A stretch of 64,000 nt of DNA from Nitrosopumilus sp. (GTDB lineage: Archaea; Thermoproteota; Nitrososphaeria; Nitrososphaerales; Nitrosopumilaceae). Of the stretch, positions 21,823-32,753 are shown in pieces. The notes below the pieces were generated by a model. It worked only from the letters and a program-made list of their open reading frames with translations, was not told the DNA's origin and searched no databases. Where the stretch lies: positions 768,001-832,000 of the forward strand of contig OZ244651.1 of NCBI GenBank assembly GCA_965218695.1, written 5' to 3'. Position 1 is the first letter of the stretch. Each line of letters starts with the position of its first letter. The position numbers and the translations under genes were made by a program.

Positions 21823-23549
21823 GCAGGTAAGGGCAGACACGGGCGATGCCCCAGATACGGGCAAAAAGCCCGGACACCGGCCGGGTCAGCCGGGAGTCTC
21901 CCACGGCCGCAGGCCGGCTGACATCAGGATGTGCAGTGCGCCCATGTGCAAAAACTGCGGCGGCACCTACATGCTGCCCGAGGATGCCTTTTGGAAGACG
22001 GTGATAGATGTCACCGAATCCGGCAAGCCAGTCTGTTATGCCGAGATGATCGCGCCCGGGTACTGCCTCACGTGCCAGGCAGTCACGTATCCTGACGCGG
22101 ACTCGATTCCCGGAACGTGGTTTGGCCCCAACCTGAGAAAGAAGATTGCCAACATGCACAGGGTATCGGTTTCGCTCAGAAGCATGCAGTACCTGCTGGC
22201 ATCAAACCACGGCATCAGGGCATCACTGGGGTGCATATCCCACGCCCTAGAGGCAATAGCAACGCGCGGCAGCCTCGGAGACGCCCCGAGGCTGCCGGAG
22301 CCAAAGGAGGACATGCCGTCTCCCTTGTTCGGGGCGCCGTTCCCCACGCCTGCGCGCCCCGAACCCGACGCCGGCGGCCATACCGCATGGAACGGCCTGA
22401 TGAGGCGGCCGCTCATCACGCAGATAACAGAAAAGATGAGCATGGCGCCAAGCGTGTCCGAAGACGAGTCCGGCGAAAAGGTCGCAGGAAAGAACGTGCA
22501 GGCCATACTACTGATCTCAAAATACTGCGTGCTGGTATGCATCAGGCCTGACAAGACCAAGGAGACCATGAGGGACGTGCTTTGGATGGTGCTGAACAGG
22601 CCGTTCGTGGCAGACATGTACCGTGCCGGCAACGCCCTTGAGGGGGACTTTCAGACGTGCTTTGTCCACGTGGTTCGCAAGTGCGAGGGCCTGGCCATAC
22701 GCCACGGAGTCAATTCCTTCGAGTATGCGTGGTACGTGACGCTGCTCAAGATATATCGGGACGCCAAGACCGCCGCAAGGAATGCACTCGAGATGGCCGG
22801 CAGGGCAGAAGAGTCGGCCTGCGACGCAGGCCGACTCGTCAAAAACACCCCGGGACTGGAAGAATACGTCAAATCAAGCCAGGATTCCCTGCAAAAACGC
22901 ATCCTGACGCTCGTCGATGCCTGCCGCAACGGATGCGTCTCAGACGAGAAGAGCCGCGATTTTGCAGGCTCGCTTGAACGCGCCGCGCCATACCTTACAG
23001 AGTTTATCAGGCATCCTGGAATGGACGGCAACAACAACGCGTGCGAGAGGGCCGTACGAACGCACATCGTAAGGCCGCGCGACATACACCACGCGTTTCC
23101 CAACTGGAAGGCAGCCGACACTTTTGCCAAACTCCAGACGATTCACGCCACGGCAGAAAAGCTTGGAATGTTCTCGGGGGACGCGGTGACTGCCGATGCC
23201 TCGCAGGACATGTTCGGGTCCGGAATACCGCCCCCGATATTTCCGAATCTCAAATAACCGTGCCACGACATCCCGCAGATCCGGATCGTTGCCGCACCAT
23301 TTGGCTTAGGCAGGATGCATCGCAGATCATGCCGCAAAAAGCCTCAGGCCTGCCTGCAGGATGGCATTGCCATACATTTTCACACCGACGTGTCTTCTGG
23401 TGGATGATTCCATGATGGAGTCAATCACATGCCCATGTATGACATCCCGACTAGCGTGGAATTGGCAAGGGGGGAGGTGAACGCGTACGAGAGGGGGCGT
23501 TGTCCACATTACCAAAACATAAATTAAACTTTCAAGGAGTCACACCCAT

Positions 23550-24287
23550 ATGCTTCCCGCACAGCAAGGTTATGACAGAGCCATTACGGTATTTTCCCCC
23601 GACGGAAGGCTCTACCAGGTAGAGTATGCAATAGAGACTGTGCGGAGGGGAGCCATCGCAATCGGCATAAAATGCAGCGAGGGGATAGTCATTGCAGTCG
23701 AGGAGAGGCCGCGAAAGCTCCAGATATCCAAGATAGCCCAGAAGATATTCCAGATTGATGATCATGTAGGCGTGGCAGCTGCCGGATACATTCCGGATGC
23801 GCGCAGCCAGGTGGACAATGCGCGGTTCTTCTCGCAGAGCAACAAGATGATCTATGACGAGCCAGTCGAGGTGGAGACCATAGTCAAGCACCTGGCAGAC
23901 CAGTCACAGCAGTACACCCAGTATGCCGGAGTGCGTCCGTTTGGGGTGGCACTGATTCTTGGCGGGGTGGTGGCAGGCAAGCCGCAGCTATTCCTGACTG
24001 ATCCCAGCGGGACATACATATCGTACAATGCAATTGCCATAGGATCAGGCTCTGACAGGGTGACTGACTTTTTGGAAGGTGCCTACGGCGAGGATCTGAC
24101 CCTAGAGTCTGCATCCGTCCTGGCAGCTGCTGGAATATACCTCTCAAGCGAGGACCGCGAGGGGACAGACCACATCAGGATGGCGCACGTCAGCACCAAG
24201 ACCGGCCTGTACGAGCTCGTCGCTGACGAAGAGATTGCCAAATACGCGCAGCAGGCCAAGGAAAAGTATCCGCATGATCAGAACTGA
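23550..24287 (+). CDS. psmA: Proteasome alpha subunit
   Basis: GYDRAITVFSPDGRLYQVEYA signature; RPFGVAL. Confidence 0.98.
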   Translation: MLPAQQGYDRAITVFSPDGRLYQVEYAIETVRRGAIAIGIKCSEGIVIAVEERPRKLQISKIAQKIFQIDDHVGVAAAGYIPDARSQVDNARFFSQSNKMIYDEPVEVETIVKHLADQSQQYTQYAGVRPFGVALILGGVVAGKPQLFLTDPSGTYISYNAIAIGSGSDRVTDFLEGAYGEDLTLESASVLAAAGIYLSSEDREGTDHIRMAHVSTKTGLYELVADEEIAKYAQQAKEKYPHDQN

Positions 24288-24308
24288 CTGCGGAGATGTC
24301 CATAGACA

Positions 24309-25127
24309 TTGAACCTGTCTGTCGCAATTCCCGAATCGGCGCTGTCTGACGAGTCCCTCAAGATAGACAAGACGCGGAAGGCATCACTGATTGCAAGGGC
24401 GTGCGCCATATTCCGTGTCCGCACCATATACGTGTACAGGGACGGGGCAGACGGCGACGGGGCCCTTCTTTCCACCATACTCCGGTACCTTGAGACGCCG
24501 CAGTTTCTCCGAAGGAGGATGTTTCCCATGGTAAACGACCTGAAATTTGCCGGAGTGCTCCAGCCGCTGAAGATACCAAGCCACGTCACCCCGGCAGACC
24601 CCAAAAAGATCCAGACGGGCGATATCAGGGAGGGAATAACGGTGTCTGCAAAGGGCAGGAGCTTTGTGGATGTGGGTATTAACCGCCTGATACCGCTGCC
24701 GGGAAAGATGCCCACGGGCAAAAGGATGACTGTCAAGTTCAAGGAGGGATATCCGGGCCTGGTCGCAAAGGGGATTGGCAGGGACGAGACGGGCCAGTAC
24801 TGGGGGTATTCCGTGCACAGGAGGGCCGGCCTGTACCAGCTGCTTGCAGAGTGGAAGGGCAGCATCATAATAACATCAAGGAAGGGCAAGACGGCTGCTG
24901 CAGGCTCAGGCATTCTGGCAGGAGGAGGAGGGGAGGCGCCTGTCCTGGTAGTCTTTGGATCCCCCGCGAGGGGGGTGCACGAGATCCTTGGAGGCAGCAT
25001 GAAGAGGGTGCAGAATGCGCGGGTGCTTGACTTTTTTCCCGGCCAGGCGACCCAGACGGTACGGCTTGAGGAGGCGATGCTCGGGGTGCTTGCGATACTG
25101 AACATGCAGGGGAACGGCAATGCCTGA
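24309..25127 (+). CDS. SPOUT-family RNA methyltransferase (DUF171 type)
   Basis: SVAIPES, YLETPQFLR, YWGY, VFGSP, PGQATQTVRLEEA. Confidence 0.88.
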   Translation: MNLSVAIPESALSDESLKIDKTRKASLIARACAIFRVRTIYVYRDGADGDGALLSTILRYLETPQFLRRRMFPMVNDLKFAGVLQPLKIPSHVTPADPKKIQTGDIREGITVSAKGRSFVDVGINRLIPLPGKMPTGKRMTVKFKEGYPGLVAKGIGRDETGQYWGYSVHRRAGLYQLLAEWKGSIIITSRKGKTAAAGSGILAGGGGEAPVLVVFGSPARGVHEILGGSMKRVQNARVLDFFPGQATQTVRLEEAMLGVLAILNMQGNGNA

Positions 25128-25236
25128 GCAGAAGACATTTCTGCTCCTGGCACTGGGGATGGGGGCTGCAGGCATCATTATTGGCGCAATTACCATCATG
25201 GATATCATTGCAGGAATCAACACAACAGCCCCGTGA
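25120..25236 (+). CDS. Small single-TM protein (38 aa)
   Basis: MPEQKTFLLLALGMGAAGIIIGAITIMDIIAGINTTAP; start overlaps the upstream stop. Confidence 0.45.
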   Translation: MPEQKTFLLLALGMGAAGIIIGAITIMDIIAGINTTAP

Positions 25237-25361
25237 ACAAAAACTAGATCATCCCAAGACGTGCCTGCGTAATCCGGGACTGCGGCAGCAACTCTTGTTC
25301 GGATCGGATTTGTGTAACGGCCTTGATTATCCCGCAGATGGAATGTGAACGGATACTGCTA

Positions 25362-26264
25362 TTATCCTGCAGCATCAAGCAGCGACTCGAACACCGAGTA
25401 CGGCTGCGGCCCTGCCACCCTCTCCTCCTGTCCGTCAGACGAGATTATCAGGAATGAAGGGGTGGCGCTCACGCCATATGCCTGTGCATCTGCAGTATTG
25501 GTGTTCACCCGCTCCTGGTACTTGCCAGAGTCCAGGCACTCGCCAAAGAGTTCAGTGTCAAGTCCCAAGTCGGATGCAAATCCATTGAGATTCTCCACCG
25601 AGGCCCAGCCACCATTATATCTAGCCTGGGACGTGTACAGCATGTCGTGGTACTGCCAGTACATCCCCTGGTCCTCAGCACAGTACGACGCCTGGGCGGC
25701 GCTGTTGGAGTCTTTCCCGATGAATGCAATGTCGACAAATACCAGGTTGGCCTTTCCTGTCTGGATATAGTTTTCAGATATTGAGGGCTTGGTGTTGGTG
25801 AACCAGCTCTTGCATTTGGGGCACTGGTAGTCACCAAACTCCACTATCGTTATTCCGGCATCGGGACTTCCCTGTACGGGTGATTCAGTCTCAGAAAATG
25901 CCTGAATGTGCACATTCTCCACGAGGGCGCTGCCGTCCTGCTGCGCTCCGCCATCCCTCAGATTGGCGTTCTCTGCCTTCAGGGCCGCGTTCTCCTGCTG
26001 CAGGTCCTCGACTGTCTGCTCCAGCTCTGCGATTCTGCTTGACTGGTCGGTCTGGATGATCCCCTCACCGACCAAAAACTCGATGGCAGTCAGTAGCTCT
26101 GCGTCGCCTACCTGTTCGTCTGTCCATAACTGGAATAATCCCTTTATCCAGTCTGGTATGCCGGCATCCTGGGAGTATGCCATGCCAGCTACGCCGCCAA
26201 GTGCCAGGATCCCCGCAAGTCCAAGGAGCAGTGCGCCCCTCTTAGTCCCGTACACATTCATCAC
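25362..26264 (-). CDS. DsbA-family thioredoxin-fold protein with thaumarchaeal IPDWIK N-terminal domain
   Basis: EFGDYQCPKC, GVSATPSF, GPQPY; signal peptide. Confidence 0.9.
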   Translation of the reverse strand: MMNVYGTKRGALLLGLAGILALGGVAGMAYSQDAGIPDWIKGLFQLWTDEQVGDAELLTAIEFLVGEGIIQTDQSSRIAELEQTVEDLQQENAALKAENANLRDGGAQQDGSALVENVHIQAFSETESPVQGSPDAGITIVEFGDYQCPKCKSWFTNTKPSISENYIQTGKANLVFVDIAFIGKDSNSAAQASYCAEDQGMYWQYHDMLYTSQARYNGGWASVENLNGFASDLGLDTELFGECLDSGKYQERVNTNTADAQAYGVSATPSFLIISSDGQEERVAGPQPYSVFESLLDAAG

Positions 26265-26503
26265 AGAGTAATTAGCATGCGTGTTTTTATGTTTGACTGA
26301 TTGGCCAGGCAGCCCAACTTGTCACTCGATGTGTTCTTGCAGTCCAGGGCATGCCAGTGGACAGAATTCTGCCAAATCCGTGGAAGAGCGTGGTCTTGCA
26401 GTATTTGATCGCACGGTATGACAGAGTATGTTAACCCTGAAAAATATTACAGTTAACGATGTTCCGCGATGGTTTAATAGTAGGGTGCCAAGTGCGTCAT
26501 GTC

Positions 26504-27496
26504 ATGGGTGCAAGAAAGAACCACCAGCCGCGCAGGGGAAGCCTTGCGTATTCGCCGCGCGGACGCGCAAAGAGCATGGAGGCCCGGATAAGGGCGTGGC
26601 CTGATGCAGGCTCGGACAAGCCGCAGATCCTTGCACACTGCGGATTCAAGGCCGGATGCGTGCAGGTGGTGAGTATTGATGATCGTGAAAAGACCCCCAA
26701 CGCCGGAAAGCAGCTTGTCAGTCTTGGAACGGTCCTGGTCACCCCTCCGGTGGCCATACTGGGAATAAGGGGGTACTCCAAGGGGCACGAGGGACGGCAC
26801 GCAGAGTTTGACGTGTTTGCCAAGGACATCCCCAAGGAGCTGGACAAGAGCATGGAGAGGCGCACTGCAGGAAGCGCCGCAGACGAGGCAGCAGCCAGGC
26901 TCGGGAGGATCCACGAGATATTTGCCATACTTGCAGTCTCCCCAAGGGCCGCAGGCATGGAGCAGAAGAAGCCGTACATATTTGAGGCGCTCGTCAGCGG
27001 CGGCACCATACAGGAGCAGTTTGACTACCTGCAGGAACTTTTAGGCAAGGAGATCAGGATTGACCAGGTATTTGAGACAGGCGCCAGCGTGGACGTTGCA
27101 GCCATTACCAAGGGCAAGGGATGGCAGGGCGTCATACAGCGGTGGGGGGCAAAGAAGAAGCAGCACAAGTCTCGCAAGACCGTAAGGGAGATCGGCTCGC
27201 TGGGGCCGATATCGCCGCAGAGCGTCATGTATACTGTGCCCAGGGCAGGCCAGATGGGATTCCACCAGAGGACCGAATATGACAAGAGGATAATGATTAT
27301 GGGAAACTCGGAGGAGGACGCCATACGAATCAATCCCGACGGGGGCTACAAGCACTTTGGCCTGGTAAGGGGCGACTTTGTCGTGCTAAAGGGGTCTGTC
27401 CCGGGGACGTACCGCAGGCTGATAAAGCTCAGGCGCCAGATCAGGAACGCGCCTGCCCGGGCAAGCAAGCCGCGCATTCTGGAGGTAGTGGTATGA
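26504..27496 (+). CDS. rpl3: 50S ribosomal protein L3
   Basis: PRRGSLAYSPRGRA, TKGKGWQGVIQRWG, PRAGQMGFHQRTE. Confidence 0.97.
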   Translation: MGARKNHQPRRGSLAYSPRGRAKSMEARIRAWPDAGSDKPQILAHCGFKAGCVQVVSIDDREKTPNAGKQLVSLGTVLVTPPVAILGIRGYSKGHEGRHAEFDVFAKDIPKELDKSMERRTAGSAADEAAARLGRIHEIFAILAVSPRAAGMEQKKPYIFEALVSGGTIQEQFDYLQELLGKEIRIDQVFETGASVDVAAITKGKGWQGVIQRWGAKKKQHKSRKTVREIGSLGPISPQSVMYTVPRAGQMGFHQRTEYDKRIMIMGNSEEDAIRINPDGGYKHFGLVRGDFVVLKGSVPGTYRRLIKLRRQIRNAPARASKPRILEVVV

Positions 27497-28305
27497 AGGG
27501 GATCGTATACAGGATTAACGGGGAGAAGGACAAGGAGATGGATCTTCCGCTTGTCTTTGAGACGCCGTTCAGGCGCGAACTCATACACAAGGCGTACGTG
27601 AACCTTGACTCGCACAGGTTCCAGCCCCAGGGGAGGCATCCCACTGCGGGAATGGACGTGGTGGCAGACACCAACAATCCGCCGACAGGGCGCGGCATCT
27701 CCCGCGTGGCAAGGGCCCGAGGGGGCGGAGGCGGAAGACAGGGCCAGGGCGCAGAGGTGGCATCCACCCGCGGAGGGCGGCAGGCACACCCGCCAATAGT
27801 GGAGAAGGTAATATACAAGAGGCTCAACAAAAAGGAGAACAGGCTGGCACTGTGCTCGGCAATCGCAGTTACTGCATCCAGGGACATGGTAGAGTCCCGC
27901 GGCCACAAGGTAGGCGGGGTAGTCTCGTTTCCGGTAATCGTGTCTGACAAGATAGAGGCAGTCTCCAAGGCCTCTGAGGCAGTCAAGGTACTCGAGGCGC
28001 TGAACCTGTATCCGGACGTACAGAGACTGGAGACGCGAAGGGCAAGATCCGGCAAGTCATCCCTGAGGGGAAGGGTCAAGAAGGTGGGAAGAAGCGTCCT
28101 GTTTGTGGCAGCAGACGCATCAAGCATCTCAAGGGCCGTAGGCGCCCTGCCGGGGGTGGAGGCAAGAAGCGTCGAGGGCCTGAGCGTGCTTGATCTGGCG
28201 CCGGGCTCTGATCCGGGACGGCTCGTAGTGTATTCTGAGTCTGCGATTAACCGCATTGGAAGGATACAGTCAACGCATCTTGAGGTAATGGTGAGGATGG
28301 CATGA
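27493..28305 (+). CDS. rpl4: 50S ribosomal protein L4
   Basis: GRGISRVAR, TRGGRQAHPP, LDLAPG. Confidence 0.97.
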   Translation: MKGIVYRINGEKDKEMDLPLVFETPFRRELIHKAYVNLDSHRFQPQGRHPTAGMDVVADTNNPPTGRGISRVARARGGGGGRQGQGAEVASTRGGRQAHPPIVEKVIYKRLNKKENRLALCSAIAVTASRDMVESRGHKVGGVVSFPVIVSDKIEAVSKASEAVKVLEALNLYPDVQRLETRRARSGKSSLRGRVKKVGRSVLFVAADASSISRAVGALPGVEARSVEGLSVLDLAPGSDPGRLVVYSESAINRIGRIQSTHLEVMVRMA

Positions 28306-28568
28306 ACGTGGATCAGGCAGTCAGGACTATAATAAAACCGCACATCACAGAAAAGACCTTCGAGATGGTCCAGCGCGACGGCAAGATATGCTTTATCGTC
28401 GACAGGGCAGCAACCAAGCCGCAGATAGCAGAGGCCATAAACGTACTGTACAAGCAGAATGTGGTGGATGTAAACACTGCAAGGACCATATACGGAAAGA
28501 AGGCTTTTGTAAAGTTTGAAAATATTGAAAAGGCAACGCACCTTGCCACGGACATAGGAATGCTATAA
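28302..28568 (+). CDS. rpl23: 50S ribosomal protein L23
   Basis: PHITEK, ATKPQI, KKAFVKF; position in operon. Confidence 0.95.
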   Translation: MNVDQAVRTIIKPHITEKTFEMVQRDGKICFIVDRAATKPQIAEAINVLYKQNVVDVNTARTIYGKKAFVKFENIEKATHLATDIGML

Positions 28569-28606
28569 TATGGAACGCAAAGATCGTAGGGTTGGAGGCA
28601 TTTGAG

Positions 28607-29002
28607 ATGGTAAAGGAGTTCTTGTACAGGGGCATTCCCAGGGAGGAACTGGAAAAGGTCCCACTGGACAGGCTCTTCCAGCTGTTCAATGCCAGGCAGA
28701 GAAGATCCCTTACCAGGGGCATTACAGACGGCAAGCGAAAGCTGATAGGCGAGATAAAGGCTGCAAAGGCAGGCACCCTAAAGGGCCCAATCAAGACACA
28801 CCTGCGGGATCTCATAGTATTGCCAAGCATGGTGGATGTTACAGTAAACGTATTTTCAGGAAAGGAGTTTGTCCCGGTACTGATAAAAACCGAGATGATA
28901 GGACACTATCTCGGGGAGTACGTGATAACCAACAAGAAGGTATCCCATGGGGCCCCAGGTGTGGGTGCCTCAAGATCAAGCCTCTACGTCCCGTTGAAGT
29001 GA
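28607..29002 (+). CDS. rps19: 30S ribosomal protein S19
   Basis: IKTHLRD, EMIGHYLGE, HGAPGVGASRSSLYVPLK. Confidence 0.97.
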   Translation: MVKEFLYRGIPREELEKVPLDRLFQLFNARQRRSLTRGITDGKRKLIGEIKAAKAGTLKGPIKTHLRDLIVLPSMVDVTVNVFSGKEFVPVLIKTEMIGHYLGEYVITNKKVSHGAPGVGASRSSLYVPLK

Positions 29003-29007
29003 TTGTG

Positions 29008-29466
29008 ATGGGAAGGTTCGAGTATGCGTTTCAGGGTTACGATCCTACGAGGCATGTCCGCGCCTCCATAAGGGAGAGGCCCATATCGCACAAGCACGCC
29101 CGGGAGATTGCAGTGGCCCTGAAGGGAATGACTGTAGATTCTGCACGGGACTATCTGCATGACGTGCAGAACCACAAGAGGGCAGTCGCGTTCAGAAGAT
29201 TCAAGAACCAGGTGGGCCACAGGTCGGATCCAGGTATGATGTCCGGACGGTATCCTGAAAAGGCGGCAGGCGAGATCCTGTTGCTGCTTGACAATTTAGA
29301 GTCAAACGCCGAGTACAGGGGGATGGACCTTGACAGACTCAAGATAATAAACGCGACTGCCCACAAGGGCGTAACCGTAAAGAGATTCATACAAAGGGCC
29401 ATGGGACGGGCGACGCCAAAAAACAACGTAATGACCCACGTGGAACTGGTGGCACAGGAGGTGTAG
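29008..29466 (+). CDS. rpl22: 50S ribosomal protein L22
   Basis: [25 protein letters not shown]. Confidence 0.97.
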   Translation: MGRFEYAFQGYDPTRHVRASIRERPISHKHAREIAVALKGMTVDSARDYLHDVQNHKRAVAFRRFKNQVGHRSDPGMMSGRYPEKAAGEILLLLDNLESNAEYRGMDLDRLKIINATAHKGVTVKRFIQRAMGRATPKNNVMTHVELVAQEV

Positions 29467-29468
29467 GG

Positions 29469-30218
29469 ATGTCGGCGATCAAGAATGTGATACGGGACAA
29501 CTACAACATGATGCTGCTCAGGGGGTATCTCAGGGATGCAATCAAGGATGCAGGATTCTCACATGCAGAGATATCAAAGACCCCCATGGGGACCCGCGTC
29601 TCGCTGCATGTTACAAGGCCGGGAATAGTCATAGGCAGAAAGGGATCCGGAATCAGGGAACTCACAGAGAAGCTTGGAAAGGACTTTGGGCTGAAGAATC
29701 CGCAGATATCGGTAGTGGAGATTGAAAAGCCGGAACTCTCCCCTAGCGTGATGTGCAACAGGATGGCCTCGCACCTTGAGCGCGGAACAGCATTCAGGAG
29801 GGCCACCATGTGGACACTCAAGCAGATAATGGAGAGCGGCGCGATGGGCGTGCAGATAACCATATCCGGAAAGCTCCGCGGGGACCGCTCCGCATTTGAA
29901 AAGCACACCGCAGGCGTCCTGCCAAGGGCGGGACACCATGCAGAGGTCATAGTCGACGAGGACGTGGCACACGTAGGCACGGCGATGGGGCTTATCGGCA
30001 TCAGGATAAGGATAGCCAGAAAGGAGAAGATGATACCGGAGTTTGAGATGAGGCCGGACGGGAGCACAAAGCAGGTCATGGACAAGGACACCGGAAAGAT
30101 GCGTGATGAGACGGTAGCAGAAAAGAAGGCAAGGACCGAATCAGAGCAGATTGCACGGGAGGCAGAAAAGATGAAGGAGATCGAGACGCACGAGGACAAG
30201 GAGGCAGAGCTGAAGTGA
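29469..30218 (+). CDS. rps3: 30S ribosomal protein S3
   Basis: [10 protein letters not shown] (KH domain), ISGKLRGDR. Confidence 0.97.
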   Translation: MSAIKNVIRDNYNMMLLRGYLRDAIKDAGFSHAEISKTPMGTRVSLHVTRPGIVIGRKGSGIRELTEKLGKDFGLKNPQISVVEIEKPELSPSVMCNRMASHLERGTAFRRATMWTLKQIMESGAMGVQITISGKLRGDRSAFEKHTAGVLPRAGHHAEVIVDEDVAHVGTAMGLIGIRIRIARKEKMIPEFEMRPDGSTKQVMDKDTGKMRDETVAEKKARTESEQIAREAEKMKEIETHEDKEAELK

Positions 30219-30415
30219 CCAGAATCAGCATGAAGACCGTACGGCAGCTAAACGAAAAGGATCTCAGATCCAAGATTCAGGAGGCCCGGGGGGAGCTTGC
30301 AAAGCTCAGGACAGAGTCTGCAAAGGGCACATTGAGAAAGAAGAGCGGGAAGATAAAGCCCTTGAGGAGGGACATCGCAAGGATGCTGACGCACAGGAAC
30401 GGGATGAAGCAGTGA
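30215..30415 (+). CDS. rpl29: 50S ribosomal protein L29
   Basis: [10 protein letters not shown]; size and position. Confidence 0.93.
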   Translation: MTRISMKTVRQLNEKDLRSKIQEARGELAKLRTESAKGTLRKKSGKIKPLRRDIARMLTHRNGMKQ

Positions 30416-30678
30416 TCACGCCTGACAATATAATGTCACACGAACTTATCGGCCTTGATGTGACGGTAACGGGGTCTGCAAACAGGCAACTCATAGGATT
30501 AAATGGAAGGGTAGTCTACGAAACAAAGTCAATGCTTGAGATAATGACCGGCAACCGGATCAAATCAATACCAAAGGGACTGTGTACCCTCGGGTTTGTT
30601 CTGGGCAACCGGCGAGTCTGTGTTGACGGTGCGCGAATCTCCAAGAGACCGTACGATAGGATAGGGGCCAAATCATGA
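30412..30678 (+). CDS. rnp1: Ribonuclease P protein subunit 1 (Rpp29/POP4)
   Basis: HELIGL, GRVVYETK, KRPYDRI; conserved position between L29 and S17. Confidence 0.92.
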   Translation: MITPDNIMSHELIGLDVTVTGSANRQLIGLNGRVVYETKSMLEIMTGNRIKSIPKGLCTLGFVLGNRRVCVDGARISKRPYDRIGAKS

Positions 30679-30998
30679 CGCGCAGTATAGGGATTAACGT
30701 GGAGGCGCCAAAGAGGGAGTGCAGCGATGTTCACTGTCCGTTCCATGGCAGTCTGGCAGTACGCGGCAAGCTGTTTGATGGAAAGGTGACAGGCGACAAG
30801 GCAAGGCAGACCATCACGCTGCAAAAAGATGCCCCGATATACTTTAGCAAGTTCAAGAGGTATGCACGCGGCAAGAGCACCATTCATGCGCACGTCCCAG
30901 GATGCATCGATGTGGAGTCAGGCGACCGCGTCCTTACCGCAGAGTGCAGGCCGATATCAAAGTCAGTATCATACGTGGTAGTGGAGGTAAGAAAGTAA
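30675..30998 (+). CDS. rps17: 30S ribosomal protein S17
   Basis: CPFHG, KFKRY, ECRPISKS. Confidence 0.96.
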   Translation: MTRSIGINVEAPKRECSDVHCPFHGSLAVRGKLFDGKVTGDKARQTITLQKDAPIYFSKFKRYARGKSTIHAHVPGCIDVESGDRVLTAECRPISKSVSYVVVEVRK

Positions 30999-31420
30999 TG
31001 GCAAAGCAGGCAGGCAAGGGCGTAGAGGAGTTCAGGCCGTACGTTACCCGATCCATACCAATAGGCGCACGAATAGTGTGTGCAGACAACTCGGGGGCCA
31101 AGATTCTGGAGATCATCAACGTTCCAAGGCACAAGACCAGGGTGTCCAGGCTTCCGGCTGCGGCAGTCGGCGACTTTTGCAACGTGGTGGTAAAGAAGGG
31201 CCCTGCCGAGCTCAGAAAGCAGGTGTACGGGGCAGTCATAATCAGGCAAAAGTATGCCGTAAGAAGGCTTAATGGCGTAAGGGTATGTTTTGAGGATAAT
31301 GCGGCAGTACTGATTACCCCCGAGGGCGAGACCAAGGGGACTGACATCAAGGGACCGGTGGCTGCAGAGGCCTCCGAGAAATGGCCAAGGGTAGCCAACC
31401 TGGCATCAATGGTGGTATGA
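30998..31420 (+). CDS. rpl14: 50S ribosomal protein L14
   Basis: [21 protein letters not shown]. Confidence 0.97.
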   Translation: MAKQAGKGVEEFRPYVTRSIPIGARIVCADNSGAKILEIINVPRHKTRVSRLPAAAVGDFCNVVVKKGPAELRKQVYGAVIIRQKYAVRRLNGVRVCFEDNAAVLITPEGETKGTDIKGPVAAEASEKWPRVANLASMVV

Positions 31421-31421
31421 G

Positions 31422-32033
31422 ATGAAGCCGACAAAGATGCGCAACAGGCTCATTTACAACGCATCACACGTGGTGCAGAGCAGCCAGCTTGGCTCCACAC
31501 TGTCCGACGACCTTCGCAAGAGGTACGGCAAGAGGAGCGTCAGGGTGACAAAGGGGGACCACGTCTCCATACAGAGGGGCGAGTACAAGGGCGTCGACGG
31601 CAAGGTGAATGTGGTGCTTTCGGACAAGCGGTGCGTCGCCATAGAGGGCATAAAGAAGGAGAAGACAAAGGGGGACAAGTTTGATGTTCATATTCACACC
31701 TCGAATCTCATGGTGACATCGCTAAACACGGATGACAAGTGGAGGATGAAGGTACTGCAAAGGGGTCAGGGCAAGACATCTGTCAATATGGATGATGAGT
31801 ATGTCGTACCCGAATCCGACAATGCAGCAGATGTCCCGGCAGAGGTTGCAAAGCCAAAAGAGGCCGTAAAGCTGGAGGAGGAGGCTGTAACGGCACCACC
31901 ACCACCTGCAAAACCAAAGGCTGCAAAACCAAAGGCTGCAAAACTAGAAGAGGCCGCAACGGCACCACCACCTGCAGAGAAATCAGGCAAGGATGCAGAG
32001 GCACCCAAGAAAAAGGAGGATGTTAAGGAGTAA
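31422..32033 (+). CDS. rpl24: 50S ribosomal protein L24 with A/K/P/E-rich C-terminal tail
   Basis: [16 protein letters not shown] (KOW), IHTSNL. Confidence 0.95.
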   Translation: MKPTKMRNRLIYNASHVVQSSQLGSTLSDDLRKRYGKRSVRVTKGDHVSIQRGEYKGVDGKVNVVLSDKRCVAIEGIKKEKTKGDKFDVHIHTSNLMVTSLNTDDKWRMKVLQRGQGKTSVNMDDEYVVPESDNAADVPAEVAKPKEAVKLEEEAVTAPPPPAKPKAAKPKAAKLEEAATAPPPAEKSGKDAEAPKKKEDVKE

Positions 32034-32749
32034 TGGTAAGCATATCAGGCAGCAAGAAGCTCAAGCGCCAGATGGCGCCGCAGTTCTGGGGAATTGAAAG
32101 AAAGAACAAGAGGTTTGTAATTACTGTCAGGCCCGGCTCGCACGGCAAGAACCACTCTGTTCCCACCGCAGTGTTTCTCAGGGATGTCCTGAAGATCGTA
32201 ACAAACCTGAGGGAGGCAAAGACTGCAATATACTCAGGCAAGGTCAAAGTCGACGGCGTGGTAAGAAAGTCACTCCATCACTCCATCGGTCTGATGGACG
32301 TGGTGGAACTGGAGAACGTCTCACAGATATACCGCATGGTTCCAACCGAAACAAAGCTGCTAAGGCCAGTGGAGATAAGCGATTCGGAAAAGACAAAGAA
32401 GCTCGTACATGTGACCAGCAAGACTACCATTAACGGCGGAAGAACGCAGATCGGATTCCATGACGGGCGTAGTGTGATAACTGATGTCAAGATAAATGTC
32501 GGGGATACGTGCCTGATGCAGATACCGGATCAGAAGATTCTCAAGGTCATACCCCTGAAGGCAGGCTGCCAGGTGCTGGTGACGCGCGGAATAAACTCCG
32601 GACAGACAGGCATGGTGGAGACCGTCGAGGCAGGAACATTCATCCTTCCAAAGAGGGTTACGCTTGCATTCCAGGACAGAAAGATAGAGATTCCTGCAGG
32701 GATTATAATGCCGGTCGGAACAAAGGAGCCTGTAATTCAGATAAAGTGA
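32033..32749 (+). CDS. rps4e: 30S ribosomal protein S4e
   Basis: KLKRQMAP, VKVDGVVR, FHDGR. Confidence 0.96.
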   Translation: MVSISGSKKLKRQMAPQFWGIERKNKRFVITVRPGSHGKNHSVPTAVFLRDVLKIVTNLREAKTAIYSGKVKVDGVVRKSLHHSIGLMDVVELENVSQIYRMVPTETKLLRPVEISDSEKTKKLVHVTSKTTINGGRTQIGFHDGRSVITDVKINVGDTCLMQIPDQKILKVIPLKAGCQVLVTRGINSGQTGMVETVEAGTFILPKRVTLAFQDRKIEIPAGIIMPVGTKEPVIQIK

Positions 32750-32753
32750 TCAC

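Larger units (their letters stand above)
20317..23257 (+). pseudogene. Divergent IS66 TnpC split by IS5
   Basis: ORFs 20317- and 21929-23257 join in frame (DPQVRADTGD...MCSAPMCKNCGG) after removing 20610-21822 and one TSD; EDESG, ADMY, QTCFVH, NNNACERAVR. Confidence 0.8.
20075..23488 (+). mobile_element. IS66-family element interrupted by an IS5
   Basis: TIR GTACGCGTTCACCTCCCCCCT at both ends; 8-bp TSD GAGAGGGG (20067-20074, 23489-23496). Confidence 0.88.

Noticed and set aside
28568-28607. rpl2 missing between rpl23 and rps19
   Set aside because: Known arrangement in Thaumarchaeota; not specific to this genome
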